A stretch of 64,000 bases of DNA, from contig NW_024704760.1 of NCBI RefSeq assembly GCF_018977255.1, positions 9,424,001 through 9,488,000 of the forward strand. The letters run 5' to 3'. A program made the translations under genes and the position numbers. Below, one piece after another: positions 26,407 to 38,059 of the stretch. The notes beneath the pieces are model-generated. The model had not been told where the DNA came from. It searched no databases and saw nothing but the letters and a program-made list of their open reading frames with translations. This stretch comes from Callorhinchus milii (lineage: Eukaryota). How positions within the stretch are numbered: the first letter of the stretch is position 1; every line of letters begins with the position of its first letter.

Positions 26407-26706
26407 GACTGAAGACATGGTTCGATTAAGGGAAAGTGGGCGGGTGGAGGGCGACAAACGGAAGAAATTTTGGGAGAGAGTTCGGGAGAGTGGGGTCTCA
26501 GTGGTTGAGAGCTTGGCCTCAGATTGATGGATTGAAGGACAGGCACCGTTTGAGGAGTAGAGAGAGATGTGAGAGATTTTCTAATCTAGGTAAGTATATT
26601 TAGGCGATATTGGTGAAGACGTTCATTGACCTGGGCTGAGGCTGTCACTCTGGAGGAATCCTCTGCAGCGGTGGGACCTTGTTGGTGAGCGTGCGTGTAA
26701 ATACTA

Positions 26707-27004
26707 CTAATAATAATCCTTGTATTTGATATAGCAGCTTATCATATTGTTGAAACATCTCAAAGCACTTCACAGAATAAACTGTAAAGTGAATTAACTG
26801 TACATTTTGTTGGCAAAATACGGCAGCCAATTGCGTAGTGTCCCACAAATAGTTATGGATTGAATGACCAATTTATTTTTGAGGGATTATTATGCCCGGA
26901 AAGCGATCTGCCATTAGATCGCTATCAACCGGGTTCTTACTTACAACTAGGTAAACAGAGGTGTGTAGAGTAAGTACGCTAACCACTACGCTACAGGACT
27001 CCAC
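26707..27004 (-). mobile_element. tRNA-derived SINE, older long variant with internal deletion in the head
   Basis: ctaggtaaacagagg and ctaaccactacgctacaggactccac blocks plus tail. Confidence 0.8.
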
Positions 27005-27240
27005 AAGCTTAGTGTCAGTGCACCTCTTCGGGCCAGTCCTGAGTGGCAGTGACACTGGTCACAGTGACTAGCTTGTGCCTGTTGGCTGGTGAACGCTCTG
27101 TGGTTGCTGCAGTGAGAGCGGTGGAAAGGGTCCTGTGGAATCTGTGCTCCATTCTGCAGGCTCGCGATTGACTGGCCTTCAGTAACTTGCTGATCTCCTT
27201 GAACTGGTTGATTGACTGGTGATGAATGGTTTGTTTTCAG

Positions 27241-27366
27241 ATATTGATGAGTGTAAGGACGACTACAACGGGGGCTGTGTACATGAGTGCATCAACATCC
27301 CCGGAAATTATCGCTGCACCTGCTACGACGGTTTCAAACTCGCCCACGACGGCCACAACTGTCTTG
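27241..27366 (+). CDS. SCUBE3: SCUBE3 coding exon, EGF-like repeat 2: (D)[41 protein letters not shown]
   Basis: Acceptor tttgttttcag|AT, donor CTTG|gtaagt; 126 nt, phase 1-1; SCUBE-family [22 protein letters not shown] motif; in frame with the preceding exon. Confidence 0.93.
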
Positions 27367-28639
27367 GTAAGTCTGCAGGCTGCTTGGTCTGCCTTTGAGA
27401 ATCTCTCATGTGAAAGTAATCCATGTCCTGGATGGGACCCCTCCTCCCCCCGCGCAGACTCCACTGAAGTGGGAAAGAGCAGAAGAGGCGATTCTAATGG
27501 TGCTGCAGCTCTGTTTGCTCAACATATTGGGCGAAATCCGTGTTTATTGTGAGGATAACCCTGACCAGAGGCACTCGGTAAATGCTGTATTCAGGCCACA
27601 ATCGCTCAAATCTTCCCAGATGGTGAACTCACACATACTCTCCTGGAAATCACAGCACATACATTCCTATAGTTCTTTTCCTCTCTTTTTCCTTCCCTTT
27701 TTCTCATTTTCTTTTTCTTTCTTTCCCTCTTCTCTCTCTTTCTCTCTCTCTCTCTCCCCTCCTCCAATCCTTAAGGCATTTTAACTCGTCCCTTGTGCTG
27801 ATCTCTGAGACTCCTGACAGTGTTGGTGACATTGTCTTTGTGGATGTTTCTGTGGCTCTGACGTATTATGAAGCCGCTTTGCCCTTGACTCCTGTACTGA
27901 ACGTGGATATTGTCCATCTAGCTGCCTGCGTGAGGAGAGCACAGAGAAGTCTCTGGGGTTTCAGCTGCTTGTTTACTCTGCACTTCCTGAAAGCATTAGC
28001 TAGCGGCCAGGCCACGGAATAGTCGGTTTGGTCAGTGCGTCATCCCTGGAAATGTAGTTTCCCACTGAGGTTCCCCTGTTGACATAACGCGGGTAGAGTC
28101 CTGGTGGCTGACAGTGCTATAGTCAGGCTGGGCTGCAGAGGTAGTGAGTCTGGTTTAACGTGACTCAGACCCTTCGCTGGATTCGTTAATTGGAGTGTCC
28201 GTTGTTGCAGTGATGTCATTTGGGAATGACTGTTCCTGTGGTTCTGTCTCACTGTCTCTCTCAGCGTGCTGCCCTCGCTCGGCTTTGTGAATGGGAGAGT
28301 GTGTCCCGTTGGCTAACACTGGGATTTATTACAGTAAGCTTCTGGTTACTGTCACCATGGTTGCAATCTCCAAATGTGGCCACAGAGCTTGAACCCAGTG
28401 AAGCATTCAGCGAGGAAATCTCTCTGAAAGGCACTCCCTTTCTCAGCTCGTTTACACGAGGTGCACAGACACAGACAGACACAGACTCACTCTCAGTGTT
28501 ATTTATGATTGGACGTGTGACGATGCTGATTAAATGGAATATTATGGAGATTAAGTTCCTCGAGTGGCAACCTTATTGTTTCTTTAAAATAAAGTTTAGA
28601 TTGGCTGGTAAATCGCTTGGCAACCGCACAGTCTGGTGC

Positions 28640-29000
28640 GTTTAGGATTATGAAAGGATTCAATAAGGTGGACATTAATGGGCTGTTCCACTTGTTGGTA
28701 AGTCCAAAGCCAGAGGATGTAAATGTAAGTCGGCCGGTATCAAATCTAAAGGGAGTTCAGGAGGAACTTGCTCACACAGAGGATGGTGAGGATATGGAAC
28801 TTACTGCTGGAAGCTGTGGTTGAATCAAAAAGCATCAATGTTTTTCAGAGGAAGCTTATTGCATACACAAGAGAGAAGGCAATAGAGCGGAATAGGAGAG
28901 GGGAGTATGAGAGGTGAAGCCTCTGGTGGAGTGTAAACACCGTCACGGACTAGTTGGGTCGAATGGCCTGTTTCCGTGTTGTAATGTTCTACATAATTCT
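28640..29000 (+). mobile_element. CR1 LINE 3' fragment
   Basis: FRIMKGFNKVD remnant, cacagaggatggtgaggatatggaac, and tail ggactagttgggtcgaatggcctgtttccgtgttgtaa. Confidence 0.8.
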
Positions 29001-29159
29001 AAGTGGCAGAGCCCTGTTGGAGTAGAGGGTCAACGGTCAGGGCTGTGTTGCTGATCTCACTGGGGTGGGGTGCGGTGATCATTCAGTGGTGTTTGACAGG
29101 GTCAGTCCTGGGCTGTAGCTATTACTGGGTTTGACGAGTGGCTCTAGTGTACAGTGTTC

Positions 29160-29305
29160 AGCATGGAGTGCGCATTCCATTCAAACAATCTATCTGGGAT
29201 TCCCATGTGTAGGTGAGATGCATGGAAATCTCAGCTTGGTTTGGAGACTCTTAAGCATCGTGATAAGTTTCCACATGTATCATTCTGCTGACTGACCAAA
29301 AAAAA
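29160..29305 (+). repeat. Family X repeat 3' fragment with A-tail
   Basis: gagtgcgcattccatt...tctcagcttggtttggagactcttaagc...ctgacc-aaaaaaaa. Confidence 0.7.
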
Positions 29306-29387
29306 GCTCAGGGTGATGTGAAGTTTTCTTGCTTCCAATTTTTTTGATTAAAGCTTTAGTATCAAATGTGCCCAGGTAGCCTGTGGT

Positions 29388-29484
29388 TCTTATTTTCTTT
29401 TTGTTTTTTCCCCCCCCAAGTTTGTGAACAGTGTTTGAATTTACAGTACAAAGGAAACGTTTCTCTCAGCTGTTATAGATTAAC
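29388..29484 (+). repeat. Local 97-bp duplication, copy 1
   Basis: 89/97 identical by manual alignment to 30572-30668. Confidence 0.92.
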
Positions 29485-30571
29485 TTATGTATATGTAAGT
29501 GAGATGTCGTCAATATTGAGAAAGAACTTTTGTCTGAGTATCAAATGCCACATTCAAAAAAAATAATAATAATCTTTGTATTTGATACAGCCCTTTCACA
29601 TCAGGAGCATGGCTCAAACCACTTCACACATTATACTGTAGGTGAACGTGACAGCCAATTTGCGCAAGGCGCTGACACTGGCCAATCCTTTCCCTTCTCT
29701 TTATGAATTTGGTGGTGGTGTTGAATAGTTTCATTGGATCTTTAATGCCCTCCTAATCAGGCACAGACAGAACCTCAGTTTAATATCTCATCTGAGCTCC
29801 CCCAGCACAGCACCGGAGTGTCAGCCCCGCATTTATGTGAATTCTAGGTCCCGATGCGGGGCTTGAACCTACAACCTCTGGGAGTTGAGAAGTGAGCCAG
29901 GTTACACAAATGTTAAATACAGCTTGGCCCAATGCAGGGTAAATCTCCCTCTATTGTTCCCACAACCGCTGAATCGCTATCCCAGCTTGTGAAAATCCCT
30001 CTGAACTGTGGAGTACATTTAAATTATTCAGTGTGAGCGCTCTTTGTAGCTCGCTGAGAGCACCTTGTGGCACAAATATAGCGCTGCAACATGACACCAG
30101 CTGGACACCAAACATAATTTAGTCCTAAGCCACGAGAAACCCACACAAATGTTAACACATTTGCTAATTCCTGTTCTGTTTTATTTACACATGTCAAAGT
30201 TTGCATCAAGATCTGTTGCTGTTTCAGGGTGAGGTTCCAATTCCCTGCTGACTCGCGAGCTTTGGGTGTTTGTTTGGCATTTGGTTAAAATGTTTGCACG
30301 TCCACATTGCAGCACTCCCTCCAAAGTGTCTCCAAGATTATTACCAGCTTTGATGTCTGGCCAAGAATCATTCCTGTTTACACAAATCAGTTTGTTAAAC
30401 TACAATAATGAGTTTTGTTGAAAGTCTCTGAGCGAATGGTGGAAAGTAACGGGTATTCCCAGAGAGCAGAGTAAAAAAAACACGCTGGTTTCAGCTGATC
30501 TCCTTTAAAAAGTAGTCTCTTTGGCCAGCATGCCCCATTCTATCATCATCACATAAACATAGGTCTTGCGC

Positions 30572-30668
30572 TCTTATTTTCTTTTTGATTTTTTTCCGCC
30601 CAAGTTTGTGAACAGGGTTTGAGTTTACAGTACAAAGGAAACGTCTCTCTCGGCTGTTATAGATTAAC
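30572..30668 (+). repeat. Local 97-bp duplication, copy 2
   Basis: 89/97 identical to 29388-29484, ungapped. Confidence 0.92.
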
Positions 30669-31118
30669 GTACAAGTATAATATTAGGACCTTTCAGCTCA
30701 CAGTGGTTGTAGGGTTGGAGGCTTGGGAGTGTTGTGAGGATAGAGGCCAATTACTTTGCTGCATTGTTGAAGCTTTTTTTTAAGCTGCTTTCAGAAGAAC
30801 ACAAGTTTTGCGTTTGTGCTTTTTAACGTATGGAACTCCACCTGAAAGTCCCCTTTCATTCTCATCTGAATTCCTTCTTTCCAATCACAAATCACAGATC
30901 GACATTTCAGTAAAAGACACAAAAGGGGAAAAAAACTTTTTTTTTGACCCATAACTGAAATAGCTTCATAGGATATACTGTGAAGTTTAGTGATTGAGTA
31001 TTGTGTAGGCAATGCAGCAGCCAATTTGTACAAGGCAAGGTCCCCAAAACAGCCATGAAGTCAATGACCAATTTTATCTGGGTTGTCCCACCGCCACTCG
31101 TCACTTCTCGGTTAGTTT

Positions 31119-31446
31119 GTGGAGTCCTGTAGCTCGGTGGTTAGAGCACTCGCTTTGCAAGTGAGAGACCTGAGTTCAATTCCAGGCAGAGGGCAAAACC
31201 TTGGGCAAGTTTCCTTACTCCACACAGAGCCTAATAATAATCCCTCCAAAAAAACAAAACAATAATAAATTGGTCATTTTCAATCTACGATTGTTTGTGG
31301 GACATTGCTGTGCGCAATTGGCTGCCGCGTTCGCCCACAAATATACAGTCAATTCACTTTGCAGTGTGTTCTGTGAAGCGCTTTGGGACGTCCTCCCGAC
31401 GTGAAAAGCGCTATATCAAATGCAAGGATTATTATTATTATTATTA
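31119..31446 (+). mobile_element. Young tRNA-derived SINE, full length, with 6-bp TSD TAGTTT
   Basis: tagttt at 31113-31118 and 31447-31452; near-identical to the 14070 and 26088 copies. Confidence 0.93.
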
Positions 31447-31723
31447 TAGTTTATTAAGTCAGTGATGTGTGTCTGACCTCTCTAGGCTCTAAACTTCAGT
31501 TGCATTTTAACGCATCGCTCAGTCAAAGAGCAGGGACTCTCTCTCCCTCCTTCCACCCCCCCCCCCTTCTCTCTCACACAGTCCCTGCTATCTGGTTGAT
31601 CAATGAATGAAGGATGCCGAGCAGTTTGGGAGGATTCAGTCCTTGGGGAGGAGATTGCCTGCGCTCCTCCAACGCTCTTCTACCCCCTGGGGAACATTTC
31701 TATTCTTGAACCAAAAACATACA

Positions 31724-31839
31724 TTAATAATAATAATAATCCTTGCATTTGATATAGCGCTTTTCACATCGGGAGGACGTCCCAAAGCGCTTCACAGAAC
31801 ACACTGTAAAGTGAACTGACTGTATATTTGTGGGCGAAC
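31724..31839 (-). mobile_element. Young SINE, 5'-truncated 3' end
   Basis: About 115 nt reverse complement of 31329-31446 with about 3 mismatches. Confidence 0.9.
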
Positions 31840-33692
31840 ATTATCAAAAGTCGGGAAATTTTCACCCGTGTAATATTTTGCTGATCGGACGCTGATCATG
31901 CTTTCCCTCAATCAGATCAGACATCTCTCTGAGGAGAGATGGGACGGCCTCACTGACAACTCGGGCACAGCTCTATTGTAGACCGTGCTGGAAGCTCAGC
32001 TCCAAATCACTGGGAGGCTGGTGGGGGATAAATTAATTTACAAACAAAATGAAATTGGTGTTTATCCAATAAACACCGGGAAAAACATCCAGTAAACAAG
32101 GGAAGTATCTGTTTTGTCTTAACTCCACGGTTTTTGTCTCATTCATTCTTCGTCTCTTCCCCTGCCTCAGTGTGAACAGGCTCATCCTCTCAGTACACTA
32201 ACAAAAGCCCCTGATTTATAAAAATTGCTAAAAAAAATAAAATTCATAAACCTTGAGTATCCAAAGCCCCGGCTATATGTGAGGACATGTGGCAGTCCGG
32301 CAGGATATTGCAGTTCACATAACTGCAAAAGGTCCAAGGTTCCACATGACACAGCAAATTGAAATTGCCCTAAAAATGTCCTGGTTTGCAGTATAAATGT
32401 CTCTGTGACCTGCATGTTATGTTTAAAGAAATGTTTGTGCCAAACGCAGTGCTGGGGCTGAACTGACAGGCAGCGTTGCTGGAATGCTTTGCTGCTCGGA
32501 GGCCGTGGGTGTCTTGCAGCGAGCAGAATGCCTTTGATGATTGCTCCGTCCTTTACAAACACAGAAGGAAATTCTGTGGGAAGCTTTATGAAATGTAATG
32601 GGAGCAAATCGCATCTTTCTTTCTATGGGATGAACTAGTTAAAACCACACTGCTTACACCTCTCACAGTAACAAGTTCATATTCTGTTGTTTCTTTGCTT
32701 ATGTTAACCCCCCCTTCCATAAGATGAGGAAACATTCCTTCCAAAGCAATGACCGCGTGACTTGCTGGAGTCAGGGCTTTTGCAGTTGACTGTTTTAAGA
32801 GAATAAACTTAGATTCTGCTGGAGGTTTAGAAACTCTTCCAGCCGAAAAATCTTTTCCAAACCACAGCACATCACGACCCCTGAGACGTTCGAGTGGAGG
32901 GATGGCAGCCTTTCCCACATTGGGAAAGATTCTACCTGGGTGTAGATTTACTCTGTTTGATGTGGTGTTTCAATTTGTGGCAAATTGTCAATTTCAGCCT
33001 TAATTCTGAAGTCGTTTTTCCTGCAGGTCTTAACCGAAATGTGTAGGGGGAAAAAAAGTTCCAAATGTAAGGCTGCATTCAAGAATTTGCTGAATTCTAA
33101 AAGGCTACATTAATAACAATAATAATAATAATAATAATAATGATGAAATAATAATAGAGCAAATAAAAATTCAGGTGGAAATTGACTCAGCAACCAGCAA
33201 TCTCAGGTCAGGAAGATGGTGAAAGGATATAGAGGAACACTTCTATAACCCCCACCTCACTGGCCATTATTTGAGGACCTGTTAATGCTTCCTTTTCTTT
33301 ACTCTTTAACTTTGCATGTTTCACCAACAAAACCTCCAGAATTTCCCTCCAGAATTCACAGTCAGTTTGTAAAGATCGAGCAAAGTGACAGCACATCTTC
33401 TCCCATTCCATCTTGTTGATCGATGGCCTGCTCCCTCCTGTCTTCCCTGCCCGCCCATTGCTGAGTGAAACTCCCCCCACCCTACCTCAGGCCACGAGGC
33501 GTTTCTGGGGATTAGAGGAAGCTGAAACCAAACAGCAACATGTTTTTTTTAGATGATACACATTCCAAATGTAACAAGCGTGGATTTCAGTCCTCTAGTT
33601 CACAGTGAGTTGAGGAGTGTGGAATTCTTTTCATTTGAGGGTCATTTCTGTGATGTACTTTCTTAAAAATTAATGTATAGTCACAATTAAGA

Positions 33693-34327
33693 GTGTGTCA
33701 TGTTTGACCCTGAACTGTCCTTTCTCCCCCACATCCGCGCCATGACCGGCACTGCCTACCACCACCTCCGTAACATTGCCAGCCACTGCCTCACCCCTCA
33801 GGTTGCCAAAACCCTCACCCACGCATTCGTCACATCAAGGCTCGATTATAGAAATTCCCTCCACATTGGCCTTCCCAACTCTTCCCTTCACAAGTTTCAG
33901 ATCATCCAAAACTCTGCAGCTCGTGTACTCTCACGTATCAGGCTCCGTGACCTCATCACTCCCACCCTCACCCGACTCCACTGGCTCCGCGTACCCCAGA
34001 GGATCGAGTTCAAGATTCTTGTCCTCACTTTCAAGGCCATCTGACCCGGCCACCATCGGTGGCTGAGCTTTCAGCCTTTCTGCCCCCACACTCTGGAACT
34101 CCTTCCCACAGTCCCTTCGCCTCACTTCCTCTCTTGCTTCCTTCAAGGCCGATCTCAAGACCTTCCTCTTTGATCGTGCCTTTGGTCGCCCTTCCACCTC
34201 TCTGCCTTCCCCCACCCCTACACCACCCCTCCCCCATGCTCGAGTCCTGACCCCTGACTGTCTAGCGCCTTGGAACAACCTCCTGATGTGAAAGGCGCTC
34301 TATAAATGTAATTTTGTTGTTGTTGTT
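33693..34327 (+). mobile_element. L2 LINE 3' fragment (ORF2 C-terminus plus (GTT)n tail)
   Basis: FDPELSFLPHI...HAFVTSRLDY.NSL..GLP...IQNSAARVL...LHWL.VPQRIEFKILVLTFKA, the classic L2/CR1-clade ORF2 C-terminus. Confidence 0.92.
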
Positions 34328-34600
34328 GGGGGGGGAGGGCAGGGGGGAAGCAGGGAGTTCGAAAGCGTGGTCGAAGAGGAGGGTCTTCATGTGGGTCTTG
34401 AAGGTGGCGAGGGACGGGGTGAGACGGAGGGACCGCGGGATGGAGTTCCAGACGTTGTGTGCAGAGTGGCGAAGGCCTGCTCACCGATAATGGGGCGAGC
34501 GAGGGGGGGACATGAAGCAGACCGGAGCATGCTGAGCAGAGGGAGCGAACAGGGTGGTAGGGGGTTAGGAGGTCGGAGAGGTAGGGAGGAGCAAGACCGT
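34328..34600 (-). mobile_element. Second L2 3' fragment, tail-to-tail with the preceding one
   Basis: Minus-strand GLAPPYLSDLLTPYHPVRSL remnant. Confidence 0.85.
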
Positions 34601-35254
34601 AATCTCCCAAATAAAATTTACCTCTTTTGCGGCTGTCTGTGTGCCTTCGCTGTGTGCAATTTGAATGCCGCGTTTGCCGACAAAACAATTTTACATTTTA
34701 ACAGTAAAATCTCATATAACAATAATAATAATCCTTGCATTTGACATAGTGCTTCACAGAATATACTGTAAAGCGCAGTGACTATATTTTGTAGGCGAAA
34801 CGCAGCAGCCAGTTGCGCACAGCATGAAGCGCTTTGCGACATGTGAACTATGTGATGAGGTGCTGTATCAGGTGCAACAGCTCTTCCTGTTATGCGGCTA
34901 TCTCTCTTGTTAATCGTGCAAGCTTAAGCACTTCAGTAAGTGAGTGTGTGCCTGGGGCCTGGGATGGAATGTCCCGATTAGTCATTAAGAGCAGGTGTTC
35001 AGCTCCCGCCCCGGAGCAATGCTGAGCACCTCCTGGGCTCGGCCCATTGCAATCACCTCTGGTGATGAATAACACGGGGGGCAGAGAGGGTAAGAGATTC
35101 CAACTCTTCACCATCTACTTAAGCATCCCTCCCCTCTCCAGCACCCCACCCCCAGTCCCAATCTCATCCGCTCACTGGCAGCTTCACACTGATGAACGGT
35201 CTTTGAAAAGAATTTGAGGCAGCGTCTCTCTCCTTTTCCTGGGCTGTCTTGAGT

Positions 35255-35545
35255 TTTTTTTTGGTCAGCCGGATGTCTTGACACATGCGGAAACCCATCA
35301 CTAGGCATAAAAGTCCCCCAAACCAAACTGAGATTTCCATGTATCCCACCTATACATGAAATCCCCGAGATAGAATGGAATGTGCACTCTCTCCCTGGAA
35401 GGTCGCATCCCGCTTACCTAATTCCAGAAGGTATCAGGCGCAGGTGGGCAAGAGCCAAAGTTTGGGACCCCACAATGCACATTGGGGCAACTGCTGGAGT
35501 CCAACCAGTTTAAAAACACATAGCTTGCCATTGATTGTACTGTCT
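35255..35545 (-). repeat. Family X repeat with T-run (A-tail on minus strand)
   Basis: tttttttt-ggtcagccggatgtcttgacac...catagcttgccattga. Confidence 0.7.
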
Positions 35546-36174
35546 GAGGAGAGTTGGTTGGATTACAAAGGGCATGCTTGCTCTGTGAATGATGGACTCT
35601 GTATATTGTACGGTAGAGTCTTAGGATGTGTGACTGGGTGAGGGGTTGGTGTAAATAAGCGATTGTGCGAATGCCATTAATTAGAGCAAAGGTGCCAGTC
35701 ATCAGTAAAAAAAGTACACCCCAGAATCTTATTGACTATCTGTGGTGAGACTCCAGTCGAGTTCCCAGACATAACAAAACAATATTACAATATAATTTAT
35801 GTTTATGCAGCACCTTTCAAGATAGGAGGATGTCTCAAAGCGCCTAATAATGCTGGAGGGGCATCTGAGCTGGGGGTGGGAGCCAAGGTTATGGGAGAGG
35901 AAAGGCCAACCATGTTACTATTTTAGCAAAATTACCTTTTTTCTTTTTTCTTCAAAGATAAATTTGCTCCTTGCAGTGGCAGGTATGAAAGGTGGTTTGA
36001 AATGAATGGGATAACTGTCAGCACACAGAACACAAAGCTTCACCCTTTCACTGATTAGCTTTACCACACATCGCTTGTTTCCCCAAACACTGACAATTGT
36101 CAACCGCACTTTGCTGTTTAAGTGAGTGGTGCTGGTGAAAGTCTCCAACGGACGGAATTTAACAGAATTTTAAA

Positions 36175-36540
36175 CAGCCTGGCTCAGATGGTAGCAGTCT
36201 TGCCTCTGACGTTGTGGGTTCAAGCCACATGTCAGGGACTTTGAGCTCACAATTTAGCCTGATGCTCCACTGCAGTGCTGTGAGAGGCTGCCCTTTGGAT
36301 GATACATTCAAATAGATCCTGTCTGCCTCTTCAGGTGGTCGTTAAAAATTCCCATGTTAGAGTTCAACAAGAGAAGGGAGTTTCTCTTAGTGTCCTGGCC
36401 AACAATCCCTCACATAAAATTGGTCATTAACCTCATGGCTGTTTGTGGGACAGTTCACTTTCAGTAATTCCTGTGAAGTGCTTTGAGATGTGTTGACGAT
36501 GTGAGAAGGCACTATCTGAAATTTGAGGATTATTGTTATT
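36175..36540 (+). mobile_element. Deu-domain SINE, near full length
   Basis: cagcctggctcag head, Deu core and tail. Confidence 0.78.
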
Positions 36541-36790
36541 TTATGTAGAGAGTAACAAGTGATATCTGTGGTAATGATACAACATGGAAGTCGGACATTT
36601 TAATAGTAAAAAAAAACTGCTAATAATGGGAAAAATCAGAGGAGTCAAATAAATTTTCACACCTACTTATTAGGAAACATTGAAATCTTGACGTCTATGA
36701 ATACTGAGTTAGGTAAGAGTGAGCCATCACATTTGGCCGTCTTGACAGTTTCACTTGGGGTTGCCTCTGAGATACTGAAGACCAGCAGGT

Positions 36791-36964
36791 GCCATCTTGG
36801 TAAAACCATCATCCACAGTAGTGGCAAGGGGAGAGGGTGGCCATCTTGGTAAAGACAGAGCGGGAAATGCGTAGTGGGGGCAGAAGGGAGGTGGCAGCCA
36901 TCTTAGTAAGACCATGACTGCAATGGTGGTGAGAGTGGGGGGAGGGGTGTCCATCTTGATAAAG
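36791..36964. repeat. Four spaced copies of GCCATCTTGGTAAA (YY1-like core) separated by G-rich spacers
   Basis: Motif starts at 36791, 36840, 36897 and 36950. Confidence 0.8.
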
Positions 36965-38059
36965 GCAGTGCACGTGCATGGTGGGGATGGGGGAGAGAAG
37001 AGAGAGTGACAAACATGCATCCCAGTTAAAAAAAACTGTAAAAAAAAGCACAATAATTTTTTTCACCGACAAGCTAGTACAAAGAACGTCCAGGTGGCAC
37101 CCCTAGTTTCACTCCTCCCTGAACCACAATGAGGGGAGGAGTGAGCAGGTACTGAGGCAATGCTTAGGGTGCAGAGGAGGCGACACTTCCATGTAGAGAA
37201 ACATTAAGATCTGTTTAACACAAGTTAGGGCAGGGTCTGTGCAAACTAATGTGGGATTTTGAAGTGAAACTTTAATTTGACTGCTGTTTGCTCTGCCTTT
37301 GAGCTAGTTTACCTCTGGTTTTGTGCAATGATAGTAAATAAGAACAGACGAGTACTTCACCATTCTGAAGGATGTTAACATTGGTTAAGGGACTGTAACA
37401 AATGCAGTGTACTATGGCCCTTTAACATGTGTCTGCAATCACTGAATAATTGTATATTTTTCAATGAGACCAATAAATTTATAAGGTAAGCAGTCCGCCT
37501 GCCATTCAAAACATTACCTCATGTGATAACTATGCTCACTATATTGAAAATCTTTGAGATCTGTGGTACAATTTCATATTTTCAGTGTGAAATGTTTGTC
37601 TTTGTGGTATGGTATTTCAAGGCAGTGGGAGTTCTACATGGCTTCTGGTGTAATCTAAAACCATTTTATCTTCTTTCAGCGATGATTTAAATATTGTCTT
37701 ATTACATGTTCTCAACTCAGCATCAGTGCCCTGCGTTGGGATTGGCTGAAAACTGACTGAATCCATTGTCCATGTTGAACTTGCGGGCGCAGGATCTGGG
37801 AGTGACATTGATGTGTCTAAACTGGGGTCTGGGGTGACATTGACTGTGTAGATTATCGAGCAGCTTTACACACCCATGTTGCGGATCACTGCTAAACACT
37901 GCGAGTGAATCACTGGTGCAATAGGAGTAAACAGGAAGCTGGGAGGAGGCTGGGCTACCTGGGGAACCACTGACTGACTCTAATGGAAAGAGCGAATCAT
38001 TTTCCCCTATATTCTAACATTTCCACAGACACAGCATTGCTTCTTTTAGAGTTATAATA

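Larger units (their letters stand above)
23240..27240 (+). other. SCUBE3: SCUBE3 intron (4001 nt, GT-AG, phase 1) between EGF1 and EGF2 exons
   Basis: Defined by flanking exons and canonical splice sites. Confidence 0.88.

Noticed and set aside
26575-26596. Second AG|GTAAGT motif as a recursive site
   Set aside because: Poor pyrimidine tract and located in an intron of only 4 kb.
36791-36964. Repeat-spacer pattern as a CRISPR array
   Set aside because: Vertebrate intron, 14-nt degenerate non-palindromic repeats, compositionally similar spacers, and no cas genes.
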